A stretch of DNA of 23,453 nucleotides. It comes from Candidatus Hodarchaeota archaeon (GTDB lineage Archaea > Asgardarchaeota > Heimdallarchaeia > Hodarchaeales > Hodarchaeaceae). Location: the NCBI GenBank assembly GCA_016839815.1, contig JAEOTM010000114.1, positions 1-23,453 of the forward strand, read 5' to 3'. Under the pieces are notes generated by a model that saw only the letters and a program-made list of their open reading frames with translations, did not search any database and had not been told where the DNA came from. Below are positions 1 through 8,725 of this stretch, piece by piece. The first letter of the stretch is position 1. The number at the start of each line of letters is the position of its first letter. The translations under genes were made by a program, and so were the position numbers.

Positions 1-1
1 A

Positions 2-370
2 TACTAATTCCTCACGATACCGATTAGTGAGGATTTTTAATTCTTTAGAACGAACTCTAACAATATGGGCATAGAGGGTTACATACCCGTGGGTATTACC
101 TTTTGCAAAAAAAGAAGTACACCATCCTACCCAATCTGCAAACCGTGCAGGAGGGGACAGATAGACAAAGGGATGAAACCGTTCGTAATCACAAGAAACA
201 ATTCTTCCTTTCTTATCTCGAACAACAGTCTCAAATGCAAAGGAAGTTATTTGGGGTACTAGAATCTTGTGGGGAGCACTAGAGACATGAATCAGATACT
301 GATAGTCACGTGAATATTTCTTCTTTCGAGATCGAACATAGTGGCCTAGTGGGTTCTTTCGGGAAGCCAT
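2..370 (-). CDS. Partial hypothetical protein, C-terminus beyond left window edge
   Basis: Read by hand on the minus strand from ATG at 370..368. There are 123 codons without a stop to the window edge: MASRKNPLGHYVRSRKKKYSRDYQYLIHVSSAPHKILVPQITSFAFETVVRDKKGRIVSCDYERFHPFVYLSPPARFADWVGWCTSFFAKGNTHGYVTLYAHIVRVRSKELKILTNRYREELV... Not in the supplied ORF track. Family unrecognised. Confidence 0.7.
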   Translation of the reverse strand, partial: MASRKNPLGHYVRSRKKKYSRDYQYLIHVSSAPHKILVPQITSFAFETVVRDKKGRIVSCDYERFHPFVYLSPPARFADWVGWCTSFFAKGNTHGYVTLYAHIVRVRSKELKILTNRYREELV

Positions 371-798
371 CGCGTGTGAAAGCTATTCCCACGATGCCAG
401 AATCGGGATATAAGATTCTCACACACTCTAAAAATAAGCATATGCTGAAAATCTGGTAATAACTACATAAAGTCTTCTCTTCCAGAACATTCGAAGTAAT
501 CTGTATCAAATATGATTTCTATTCATATCCTATTTTAAATAGACCTGTCTATAATGAATGAATCCCACAACAAAAGCATTTTTTGTCATTTACATTCTAT
601 GTAAGAATCATAGGCACGACTAATTATTATCGGCCGGCCTATAATGATTTTTATTTCATTCCTAGGATTCAAAAGCGTAATCCTGAATTTCATGATCAAC
701 TCTTCTGTATTCTTGGATCAAACTATGTTAATTACTTCGACGAAAAACGAAATCGATTGGCTAAACCAAGAAAATAAAACCAATCGCTATTCCAATAA

Positions 799-1686
799 TC
801 ATTCTGGAAACAAAGGAATGAAACCATTCCCTCTTGCTTGATTGATAATTTCCTCTTGCTCAACAGAGGTCAAATTCTTAAAGTGTTTTCCTGCATCAAT
901 CACCATAGGCCATAAACGCAAATCACAGGGAAGTGAATATGTGCAGACACCTACTTGTGATAAAGTAAACCATACCGCATGATCAATCCATGTTTTATCA
1001 TCTAATGGTTCGTACCATGTATGATAGGTCTTTCTATGTTGCCATCTTCTCTTATGGATCGCTTTGATGGCTGTCACACCGATATCTCTCTCTCGTGCTA
1101 GTCTTAATAGTGGTCTATAATCATTCACCGAATGGGGATGAGCTCTAGAGGCAAGATTTACTGGAAATAAGACGGTTGCAAAATCATCAAAACGTTCTAT
1201 TGCTGAGATGAGTACTTGCGCATCATCATGCCCTGTGATACCTATATTTCGTATCAACCCTGTCTCTTTCGCTTCTTTCACTGCTTCCAGTGCTCCCTCT
1301 TTGCTAAAAATAGTGTCCACTTCGTTCAGATCCCTAACTGCATGAAACTGATATAGATCCAATGTATCAGTGCCAAGACGTTTTAACGATTGGTGTAGCT
1401 CTTTCCAGGCTCCTTTCTTTGTTCTTTCCATGGTTTTATTGGCTAAAAAGAGTTTTTTTCGATATTTTTGGATCCATGGATATAATCGGATCTCTGCCTC
1501 TCCATAAGAAGGTGCTACATCAATTATATTTATTCCTGCATCGATTACTTGCTGTATCGCTTGATCCGCGACTTTTTGGGCTTTTTCAATACTTTCTTCA
1601 TGCTCATGTAGCCATCCTAAACCACATCCTCCCAAGGTAATTATTGATGCTGAATGTCCTGTTTTGCCAAATGTACGCTTTTCCAT
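799..1686 (-). CDS. Aldo/keto reductase family oxidoreductase
   Basis: MEKRTFGKTGHSASIITLGGCGLG..., AKR features NIIDVAPSYG, LFLANKT, LDLYQFHAV, IRNIGITGHD. Confidence 0.9.
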   Translation of the reverse strand: MEKRTFGKTGHSASIITLGGCGLGWLHEHEESIEKAQKVADQAIQQVIDAGINIIDVAPSYGEAEIRLYPWIQKYRKKLFLANKTMERTKKGAWKELHQSLKRLGTDTLDLYQFHAVRDLNEVDTIFSKEGALEAVKEAKETGLIRNIGITGHDDAQVLISAIERFDDFATVLFPVNLASRAHPHSVNDYRPLLRLARERDIGVTAIKAIHKRRWQHRKTYHTWYEPLDDKTWIDHAVWFTLSQVGVCTYSLPCDLRLWPMVIDAGKHFKNLTSVEQEEIINQARGNGFIPLFPE

Positions 1687-1896
1687 TTCTTAAACTCCAT
1701 TTAATTCTTGATGAATAGGAATTTTGTTTTTCAAATTAGAATAAATTGAGTTCCTTCCTTACCAATGCTCTCTACTATTAGAGATTTGATGTTATTGAAA
1801 CCTATCCTATAGATTTAATATATGTAATAGCTTTACTTCCAAAAGTTTTTGAGTAACATATTATTCCCCTAGATATTCAGTTACCAGTGATGTGTT

Positions 1897-2859
1897 ATGA
1901 AATATTGTGCAAAATGTGGAACGGAAAATCCTGAAAGTGGTCTTTTCTGTATGAGTTGTGGTGAACGCTTTCCTAAAGAAGCTGCTGGAGATTCTTCGCA
2001 GACTCTTCCATCTCCCTCACCTAGTTACGGTGAAAAAAACCAGCGAATAGTAAAATCAATAGCTCCAGGTGTTCAACATGTACAAGAAGTGCAACCTGTC
2101 CGTGAAAAGTTCGGTAATCTTATCTTTAGTTCAAATTATAATAGTCTAACAATAGGTGCATTAGTATTTGGATTGACTCCCTTACTCTCTATTGGAATAA
2201 CTCTGATTTTGGATATATCTGTCCAAAACAGTGACGATCTTTCAATTTTAACTACTATATTTGTATCTATTTGCTTTGGAGTATTCATCTATGGGATATA
2301 TGCTATTTCACAAGAATCCTTACCGATGAATGAACAATTAAGCTCAGTTCCTATTTACTTGGTAATTTATGTACTTGGTACTTTTTTTACCTCGTTGATT
2401 TTCGATAATTTTATCATTACAGAAACAATGTCCCTTGACGAAATAAGGAACGTAGTACAACAGGGTATAGGAATTATTATAATTAATATGCTCATCTCAG
2501 TTTTCCTAGTTCTAGGAGCTATTAAATTTTCTAATTGGTTTGAAGATTTTGTAACTATGCTGGGTGCTCCATATAACGGTCCAACTAATCGTTTCATGTG
2601 GTTTAGTATTTTTACTCTTATCAATTGGGCACTTTTAGCCTTAACCTTTTTCGCTCTCTTAAGTACAATAAATAATTTCTCATACGACAGCTTAAACAAT
2701 GTTAGTATATTTTTAACCATTGCTGCGTTTGTCATTCTCGCAACCGTTGTTCTACAAATTCTAAGTGGCTATAAAATCTATTCTGTATTGAATAATATCC
2801 GCCAAGGCAAGTATGATGGGACTTATCAACAAGACATAATGAATCGATATCAGAGCTGA
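1897..2859 (+). CDS. Zinc-ribbon membrane protein (N-terminal CxxC...CxxC, about 6 predicted TM segments)
   Basis: MKYCAKCGTENPESGLFCMSCGERF zinc ribbon followed by several hydrophobic stretches of 20+ residues (e.g. SLTIGALVFGLTPLLSIGITLIL, GIGIIIINMLISVFLVLGAI). Confidence 0.85.
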   Translation: MKYCAKCGTENPESGLFCMSCGERFPKEAAGDSSQTLPSPSPSYGEKNQRIVKSIAPGVQHVQEVQPVREKFGNLIFSSNYNSLTIGALVFGLTPLLSIGITLILDISVQNSDDLSILTTIFVSICFGVFIYGIYAISQESLPMNEQLSSVPIYLVIYVLGTFFTSLIFDNFIITETMSLDEIRNVVQQGIGIIIINMLISVFLVLGAIKFSNWFEDFVTMLGAPYNGPTNRFMWFSIFTLINWALLALTFFALLSTINNFSYDSLNNVSIFLTIAAFVILATVVLQILSGYKIYSVLNNIRQGKYDGTYQQDIMNRYQS

Positions 2860-2967
2860 TAATTCTACTCCACAGTGCTGGTTTACCCATTATTTCCAGC
2901 ACAATTTTTTTTCTTTCACTTTATGGAGATTATAAGGGATGAAAGAGGATACAATTATGGCGTTTTT

Positions 2968-3858
2968 ATGTCTACTACGGATTCTCAAATCTCCTCATTT
3001 ATCACCACATTGGAATCTCATCCCCGAGCGACTGAGTTAATCCCTCTTGTTGAACAATTATTCAATGTAGATGATTTTTCAGCTGAGGCTCAGCTTACTG
3101 CGATTCTTCTCGATATTTGTGGGACTGATCCCTCATTAATCACTGACCTCTGGCTTTTACGGGGAACTATTCTTTTGGAGGAAGGATTATCCTTACGTGC
3201 TATCGCTATTTTCTGGGAAGCGGTTCACATTCAGCCTACAGAACTTGATCCTTGGGAACAAGTTATTCAAATTTTTATTTCTAGAGAAGAATTGATAAAC
3301 GCTTCTTATTTTCTCACCAAAGCTCAAATAGTATTCCCTGAAAATTCTGATCTTTCAAGTCTATTGCAAAATCTTACTCAGCAAATTCTGATGAATCTTC
3401 AAAATGTACCTGGAGTGACGAAAGACGGGAAGTTGGTTTCTATCTCACTCACATCGCCAATGTTTCAGGAAGGAACCCGGAGTTTGAATCGGGATTCTAC
3501 CCTCGTTATATTCCCCGACACTTTCCATAATCCCTGGAAAATGACTCACGAATGTTTTAAAGAGAGTAATGTTTCCTCAAACCAAAAAGATAAGCAGGCA
3601 TTCATAACTTATGCTCATTCTGCTATGCTTGAATTACTTGGTTTAGACGGAAACTTTCGTGAGGGACTCGATCAAGCCCTTATTCGATTTCAACTCACCA
3701 CCTATAAACAACCTTTGATGTTCCTTAATCGAATCCGTAATCAGGTTGTTCATGCAAACACCATTCCATCCAAAAAAGAGATCCAGCGAATATATTCACT
3801 AGTTCAGGAGATTGTGACTCATTTTGAAGAGCAATTCAGGCAGAATCAGTGTGATTAA
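2968..3858 (+). CDS. TPR-like repeat protein with HEPN-like C-terminal segment
   Basis: ORF listed from 2875, but ATG at 2968 (MSTTDSQISS...) is a more plausible start. Helical repeat LWLLRGTILLEEGLSLRAIAIFWEAVHIQPTELDPWEQV. C-terminal RIRNQVVHANTIPSKKEIQRIYSLVQEIV. Confidence 0.65.
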   Translation: MSTTDSQISSFITTLESHPRATELIPLVEQLFNVDDFSAEAQLTAILLDICGTDPSLITDLWLLRGTILLEEGLSLRAIAIFWEAVHIQPTELDPWEQVIQIFISREELINASYFLTKAQIVFPENSDLSSLLQNLTQQILMNLQNVPGVTKDGKLVSISLTSPMFQEGTRSLNRDSTLVIFPDTFHNPWKMTHECFKESNVSSNQKDKQAFITYAHSAMLELLGLDGNFREGLDQALIRFQLTTYKQPLMFLNRIRNQVVHANTIPSKKEIQRIYSLVQEIVTHFEEQFRQNQCD

Positions 3859-4711
3859 TGCAGATATCATCGACATAATGGTTTACTCCTGGTGCGATTG
3901 ATTTTATGATCCGCTGGTTTGTAGATTCAATTTGAAAATGAGGAAATTTATTATTAATCAGCTGATTAATTGCTTCACGACAACTAGAGGGTTGTTTTTC
4001 TGTGGTTATTCCGTGGGTATGAATCACACCCCCTTGATCTTGTTTTAAGGCCTGTAGAGCGATTTCTAGTTGTTTAGAACTGATATCAAAATATCCCATT
4101 AAAACACGGTCTGCCCAATTTTTGGGGGTTTTATTCTTATTATCTCCTAAGATTGGTTTATATCGTGCTTCTAAGTGATTAATTTGGATATTTTTTTCTA
4201 AAAACGAATATGCGTACGGATTGATTTCAATTCCTTTAATATGTACTGTTGGGTGGTGTACACCTATAGGGAGAGATAGATTTCCGACACATGCAAACAT
4301 ATCTATAATATGTTCTCCCTCAGTCGTGATTTCAATTAGGCGTTGTCGTTCTGCATGGTTTCCGGTTGAGAAAGTCAGTTTTAATGCATCGAGCCAGAAC
4401 TTACATCCGAGTTCTTTATGGAGAGTGACCGTATTATTATCACCTGCAAGTATTTCAAATCCTGGTGTACGGATTTTCGCTGTTGTGACTCCCACTTTTT
4501 GCATGACTGTTGTTAATTCGCTTAGTCCAGCTAAATAACTTTGACCTATTTGCTTTCTCCATGGTAATAGACTAGAATGGAGTTCAATTATTCCCACCGT
4601 CCCTACTCGTCTCCAATGTCTTGGGAGACGATCAATTAACTCTACTGGTAAATATCCTTCTTCTTTTACAGAGTGTACTATATAGTCGAAAGGAGTCTTC
4701 CGTTTGCTCAA
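3836..4711 (-). CDS. taw2: TYW2/Trm5-family class I SAM-dependent tRNA methyltransferase (archaeal Taw2-like)
   Basis: [17 protein letters not shown] (SAM motif I), [42 protein letters not shown], and family C-terminal motif [20 protein letters not shown] start overlapping the uS14 stop codon. Confidence 0.82.
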   Translation of the reverse strand: MSKRKTPFDYIVHSVKEEGYLPVELIDRLPRHWRRVGTVGIIELHSSLLPWRKQIGQSYLAGLSELTTVMQKVGVTTAKIRTPGFEILAGDNNTVTLHKELGCKFWLDALKLTFSTGNHAERQRLIEITTEGEHIIDMFACVGNLSLPIGVHHPTVHIKGIEINPYAYSFLEKNIQINHLEARYKPILGDNKNKTPKNWADRVLMGYFDISSKQLEIALQALKQDQGGVIHTHGITTEKQPSSCREAINQLINNKFPHFQIESTNQRIIKSIAPGVNHYVDDICINHTDSA

Positions 4712-4866
4712 TATTTCCGAAAACCTAAATCTCCAGCAATTTCACGGATACATCGACGGCAGATGTTAAGACCATATTTCCGGATGATCGCTCTATGAGT
4801 TCCACAGCGTCGACAAGTTCGGGCACCTTTTCCCATAGTTTTCTGGGTTTCAGTTGTTTTTTGCAT
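4708..4866 (-). CDS. rps14: Ribosomal protein uS14 (S14/S29 family), 52 aa
   Basis: Translated by hand (below the ORF-track size limit): [52 protein letters not shown]. Matches the CxxC...CxxC zinc-binding uS14 family and sits immediately downstream of uL5. Confidence 0.96.
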   Translation of the reverse strand: MQKTTETQKTMGKGARTCRRCGTHRAIIRKYGLNICRRCIREIAGDLGFRKY

Positions 4867-4868
4867 GT

Positions 4869-5465
4869 TTATTCGACTCCTAGGTTATATTCATGTTTAA
4901 AAAAGGCAATTCCTTCTGCTTTCGAAATTTTATGTCGTTTGGGAATCTTGTGTGGACGAATTCGACGTTTCTTCACTCGAAAACCATTTCGTTCTAGAAC
5001 GACTGTAGTATTAAAACCATGAACGCCGATCTTAGGATCATATTTGATATTGGGTAAATCCAGATGGTCACTTATTCCGAAGGATAGATTACCATGCATA
5101 TCAAAGTTTTTAGCAGAAACCCGATCTTCAAGAGCCCAAAGTGATTTTTTCAAAAATTCTTTTGCGAGTTCGCCACGTAATGTTGTAAAAACCGCAATGG
5201 GTTCATGTTTACGTATTGCAAATCCTCTCACTGATTCTTTTGCCTTTCCCTCTGCTGGAACTTGTTTAGTTATTTTTTCACACAGCTCACGAGCTTTTTC
5301 CAGCTCTGGACCTGAGGATCCAACACCAAAATTGACACTAACTTTCTTCACTATCGGTCTTTTCATGGGATGAGTTTTCCAATCATCCACAAATTTTTGT
5401 TCTTCTTCTGTTAATGGAACGGGTTCTCGTTCCTCTTCAACTGGTGCTTTTCCTCTACGACTCAT
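4869..5465 (-). CDS. rpl5: Ribosomal protein uL5
   Basis: [19 protein letters not shown]..., [45 protein letters not shown]-type uL5 core; adjacent to uS14 and eS4. Confidence 0.96.
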   Translation of the reverse strand: MSRRGKAPVEEEREPVPLTEEEQKFVDDWKTHPMKRPIVKKVSVNFGVGSSGPELEKARELCEKITKQVPAEGKAKESVRGFAIRKHEPIAVFTTLRGELAKEFLKKSLWALEDRVSAKNFDMHGNLSFGISDHLDLPNIKYDPKIGVHGFNTTVVLERNGFRVKKRRIRPHKIPKRHKISKAEGIAFFKHEYNLGVE

Positions 5466-6231
5466 CTTTCGTCTCTCCGGTTGGTTCTGGTAAAGATACC
5501 ATGGATTTATCTGTACCTACAATGAAGATGTGTGTATCTGAAGTCTTGAGTTCACCTTCATCAGTTTGTAAAGTAATTGTACGCATTTTTCTTCCAAGCT
5601 GTGATTCAATTTCGGTAATTGTTCCAAGTAACCCGACATGTCTGCCTCCTGCAATTAGTCCATAATTACCTTCAGCGAATGGGTAATGCTCCATTACTTC
5701 ATTTGTTTCTAGATTAAATAATACAGAATCTTTGGGGGAGATTTCTTGAACAGGAATTGTTGTTTCTTCCGCAGGATTCACAGCCAGAGTTCTTCCATCA
5801 TGAAACGTGAATTGTGTCAATCCGCCTCGCAGTGAATTCTTCTTTACCACTTGTAAAATCTTTCGTTTTGAATTTTCTTCGGTGATTGGATGTAATATAT
5901 ATAATCTCTTTCCTTGGTATGGAACTAGACGGAAGAATTCTTGTGTTTTTGTGATTTCCAAGACATCCATTGGCCCGATCGCGAATTTATAATCAGTTCT
6001 GACCTTTCCATCTACTTTTACCATTTTTCGTACAAGAATTTTTTTGACTTCGTTCAATGTTTTGGCATACCCCAAGATCTCACGTAATACAATACCTAGT
6101 GGGATTGCAGTTTCATACGATCCTCGGGTAGGATGGGGTCTTATCGTGAATACGCCATGCTTTCGTTTTATAGCGTATGTAATAGGGGCACTTAATCTTT
6201 TACTATGCCTTGTACTTCCTTTGCTTCCCAT
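5455..6231 (-). CDS. rps4e: Ribosomal protein eS4
   Basis: MGSKGSTRHSKRLSAPITYAIKRKHGVFTIRPHPTRGSYETAIPLGIVLREILGYAKTLNEVKKIL...KVDGKVRTDYKFAIGPMDVLEI. Confidence 0.97.
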   Translation of the reverse strand: MGSKGSTRHSKRLSAPITYAIKRKHGVFTIRPHPTRGSYETAIPLGIVLREILGYAKTLNEVKKILVRKMVKVDGKVRTDYKFAIGPMDVLEITKTQEFFRLVPYQGKRLYILHPITEENSKRKILQVVKKNSLRGGLTQFTFHDGRTLAVNPAEETTIPVQEISPKDSVLFNLETNEVMEHYPFAEGNYGLIAGGRHVGLLGTITEIESQLGRKMRTITLQTDEGELKTSDTHIFIVGTDKSMVSLPEPTGETKDES

Positions 6232-6245
6232 TATATTTCAATCCT

Positions 6246-6680
6246 TTATTCTTCCTCTTCTATTTCGCTGATTACTTCGCTTATATCCTCATCTTCAATT
6301 TCCAAGGTTTGTTTTGCTTTTCTTTCTAAGCTTGCTTTGCGTTTGGTTCCCACCTTCCCAAATCTACGAATCACTACCTTTGATACATGGATGGGATACA
6401 TAATTTTGGATTTATCTGCTTTTTCTCGGGCAATCCCTTCAATTAGAAGTTTTTGATTCTTATAATCAGCGGCTTGCACTTTTCCCTCTGTACCCACAAA
6501 GTCACCGGATGAAACATAGACTGTATCTCCTTTGCGGACTGGGATTCGTTTAATCTTGTATTTTTTCCTTAGTTCTTTGGAGACACGAGCTGACATAAGT
6601 TTATGCCTATGAAATGAACTTGCTTTTGTAATTCGATTCCGTTGTTTTGACGGATTCTTAGTTTTTAACTGAGAGGTCAT
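6246..6680 (-). CDS. rpl24: Ribosomal protein uL24
   Basis: HRHKLMSARVSKELRKKYKIKRIPVRKGDTVYVSSGDFVGTEGKV (KOW motif), acidic C-terminus. Confidence 0.96.
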   Translation of the reverse strand: MTSQLKTKNPSKQRNRITKASSFHRHKLMSARVSKELRKKYKIKRIPVRKGDTVYVSSGDFVGTEGKVQAADYKNQKLLIEGIAREKADKSKIMYPIHVSKVVIRRFGKVGTKRKASLERKAKQTLEIEDEDISEVISEIEEEE

Positions 6681-6695
6681 GGTTTTTCACTATTC

Positions 6696-7112
6696 TCATG
6701 AGATTATTCGTGCTGCGCTGGCAATTCGTGGCCAAGAGTCAGCTGCTTCTTTCGAGACTGTTCCGCGGATCTCACTTCCACGGGGTTCTCCAGTTTCATT
6801 TGTAACCACCACGGCATTATCTTCAAAAGATATCCAACTACCATCTGCACGTTTGTATGGTTTTTTCTGTCGAATAACTACGGCATGGACAATTTGGCGT
6901 CGTAACTTAGGAGATCCTTTTTTGACAGAACACACAATCAGATCACCCACTTTTGCTGCTGGTTGTCTTCTTAATCGTGTTTTATGGCCTTTAACACTAA
7001 TTACTTGAACCATTCTAGCGCCTGAATTATCAGCGACTGGAACAATAGCCCCAGTAGGTAATGCACGGGTTATTTTGCGTGTCACTTGACGCATTGCTCT
7101 TCGTTTTTTCAT
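6696..7112 (-). CDS. rpl14: Ribosomal protein uL14
   Basis: [26 protein letters not shown]...[58 protein letters not shown]. Confidence 0.98.
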   Translation of the reverse strand: [138 protein letters not shown]

Positions 7113-7116
7113 GAGC

Positions 7117-7461
7117 TTATTCTCCTAACTCAATCTTTTCGATAACAACAAATGATACTGTTTTGGATATAGGACGACATTCCCCAATTCTGACACGATC
7201 TCCTGTTTTTACATCAATACAGGGTGGATTATGTGCATGCATCCGTGAACTAGATCGACCGTATCGTTTATATTTTCTATTTAATTCTAACTGTGATCTT
7301 TCTACAGTTACTGTTTTATCCATTCTATCTGAAATCACATCTGTCTCAATTACTCTTCCACGTACAGATAATGTACCATGGAATGGACAATTATCATCAT
7401 CACATGTCCTTTTTGGCAATGGGGCGATTCCTATTTGCCTTGAGTATTTTCGTTTTACCAT
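7117..7461 (-). CDS. rps17: Ribosomal protein uS17
   Basis: CPFHGTLSVRGRVIETDVISDRMDKTVTVERSQLELNRKYKRYGRSSSRMHAHNPPCIDVKTGDRVRIGECRPISKTVSFVVIE. Confidence 0.97.
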   Translation of the reverse strand: MVKRKYSRQIGIAPLPKRTCDDDNCPFHGTLSVRGRVIETDVISDRMDKTVTVERSQLELNRKYKRYGRSSSRMHAHNPPCIDVKTGDRVRIGECRPISKTVSFVVIEKIELGE

Positions 7462-7688
7462 TTACGTTTCATCCTATGTTTTATACGGTCTTCGTGTCTA
7501 TTTTTGAGTTGATTGCCGTCAATGTTGATTTTTTGATCATTAATTTGAATTTGAATAATTGCTTGATCTTTGGGAATTGTTTTAATACCGTTTTCAGTTT
7601 TGATTTTTAGTGTATTTTTTGTTTCGTTTATTATTTCACCTGTATAGCTATTTCCATAACAGGTAATTTGAGCTGAAATTCCTATCAA
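7455..7688 (-). CDS. rnp1: RNase P protein component 1 (Rpp29/Rnp1)
   Basis: MIGISAQITCYGNSYTGEIINETKNTLKIKTENGIKTIPKDQAIIQIQI...IDGNQLKNRHEDRIKHR; canonical position between uL29 and uS17. Confidence 0.92.
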   Translation of the reverse strand: MIGISAQITCYGNSYTGEIINETKNTLKIKTENGIKTIPKDQAIIQIQINDQKINIDGNQLKNRHEDRIKHRMKRKW

Positions 7689-7731
7689 GCGTAATTTTGT
7701 AATATTCTTCCGAAATACCTCTTTGTATGTT

Positions 7732-7944
7732 TTAAAGGGACTGACCTTCTTCTTTATTGATGGTATAGATTCGTGCGATAGTTCGACGTAGTTCTCGTAC
7801 TCTTCCTGCTGATTCGATTGCTCCAGTTTGAGCTTTTGATCGTAATGTGAGAAGTTCAGTTTTCAATTCCTGTAATTTTTTCTCTCTTTCCTTGGCGCTC
7901 ATTTCCCTGATTTTTGATTTTCTCAGAATTGCCATTATCTTCAT
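7732..7944 (-). CDS. rpl29: Ribosomal protein uL29
   Basis: MAILRKSKIREMSAKEREKKLQELKTELLTLRSKAQTGAIESAGRVRELRRTIARIYTI; likely start at the internal ATG of MAILRKS. Confidence 0.95.
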   Translation of the reverse strand: MKIMAILRKSKIREMSAKEREKKLQELKTELLTLRSKAQTGAIESAGRVRELRRTIARIYTINKEEGQSL

Positions 7945-8720
7945 TCTTCCTCTTCAAAGTCTTCTTCTTTCAGCAGTTTTTCGTCAGCGACAATATCTTT
8001 ATCTGCTTCTTCGGGGATAGTTGCAGGTTTTTCTTCTTCAAGTGGAACTTCATCGGGTTCCACTTCTTCGGGCTCTACTCCTGCTTCCACTACTTCCTCT
8101 TCCTCTTCTTCGGGGGGGCCAAATACTTCTTTTATTAATACTGCATCATCTGGTAACACTGCATCTGGTTGCATAATCTTTACGTGGACTCCGATTACCC
8201 CTTGTTTGAGTGTTACTTCTAGGACTGCTTCATCAACGAATATTTCTGCGGGTTCTCCGCATTTCGCAACAAATCCTTCTCTAAAAACTTCTGTTCGCGC
8301 TCGTTGAGAGGTAAGTTTTCCTTTTATTGAGATTTCACACCCTCGTGCATTTGCAGACATAATTCTTCGTACTAGTGCGTAACCAGCCCGACGAAAATGA
8401 AATCCTTTTTGAATTTGAGAGATTAATCGACCTGCCATTACGCGTGCATTTAAGCGAGGTTCTTCTAAATCACGAACTTCGAGTTGTGGGGTTTCTAAAC
8501 CATATTTATGCTCCAATGTTTCAGTGATTTTTCGGATATTTCTACCCCGTCTCCCGATGACCATCCCTAATCTTACTGCATGGATTATTACACGATGACC
8601 CATTGGAGTTTTATGAATTTCAATTTCTCCCTGACCTGCGAGTGTTAATTCACGGTTGAGGTATTCATTGACTTGAACATATTTCAAATTTCTATTGATA
8701 AACGCTTTTTGTGCAGCCAT
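7941..8720 (-). CDS. rps3: Ribosomal protein uS3 with long acidic C-terminal tail
   Basis: MAAQKAFINRNLKYVQVNEYLNRELTLAGQGEIEIHKTPMGHRVIIHAVRLGMVIGRRGRNIRKITETLEHKYGLETPQLEV (KH domain, GRRG). Track ORF extends to 8729; ATG at 8720 is the likely start. Confidence 0.97.
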   Translation of the reverse strand: MAAQKAFINRNLKYVQVNEYLNRELTLAGQGEIEIHKTPMGHRVIIHAVRLGMVIGRRGRNIRKITETLEHKYGLETPQLEVRDLEEPRLNARVMAGRLISQIQKGFHFRRAGYALVRRIMSANARGCEISIKGKLTSQRARTEVFREGFVAKCGEPAEIFVDEAVLEVTLKQGVIGVHVKIMQPDAVLPDDAVLIKEVFGPPEEEEEEVVEAGVEPEEVEPDEVPLEEEKPATIPEEADKDIVADEKLLKEEDFEEEE

Positions 8721-8725
8721 GATTA

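Noticed and set aside
306-509. 67-aa minus-strand ORF in the track
   Set aside because: It overlaps the more protein-like open frame starting at 370 in another frame and has no recognisable similarity.
166-829. Short near-repeat CAAAGGGATGAAACCGTTC (166-184) versus CAAAGGAATGAAACCATTC (811-829)
   Set aside because: Only 19 nt with 2 mismatches and two copies. No mobile-element or CRISPR-like structure.
583-841. Small plus-strand ORFs 583..777 and 644..841
   Set aside because: They lie in AT-rich intergenic DNA and overlap each other; the second runs into the aldo/keto reductase on the opposite strand. Likely spurious.
1362-1640. 92-aa plus-strand ORF inside the aldo/keto reductase gene
   Set aside because: Antisense shadow ORF of a confidently assigned gene.
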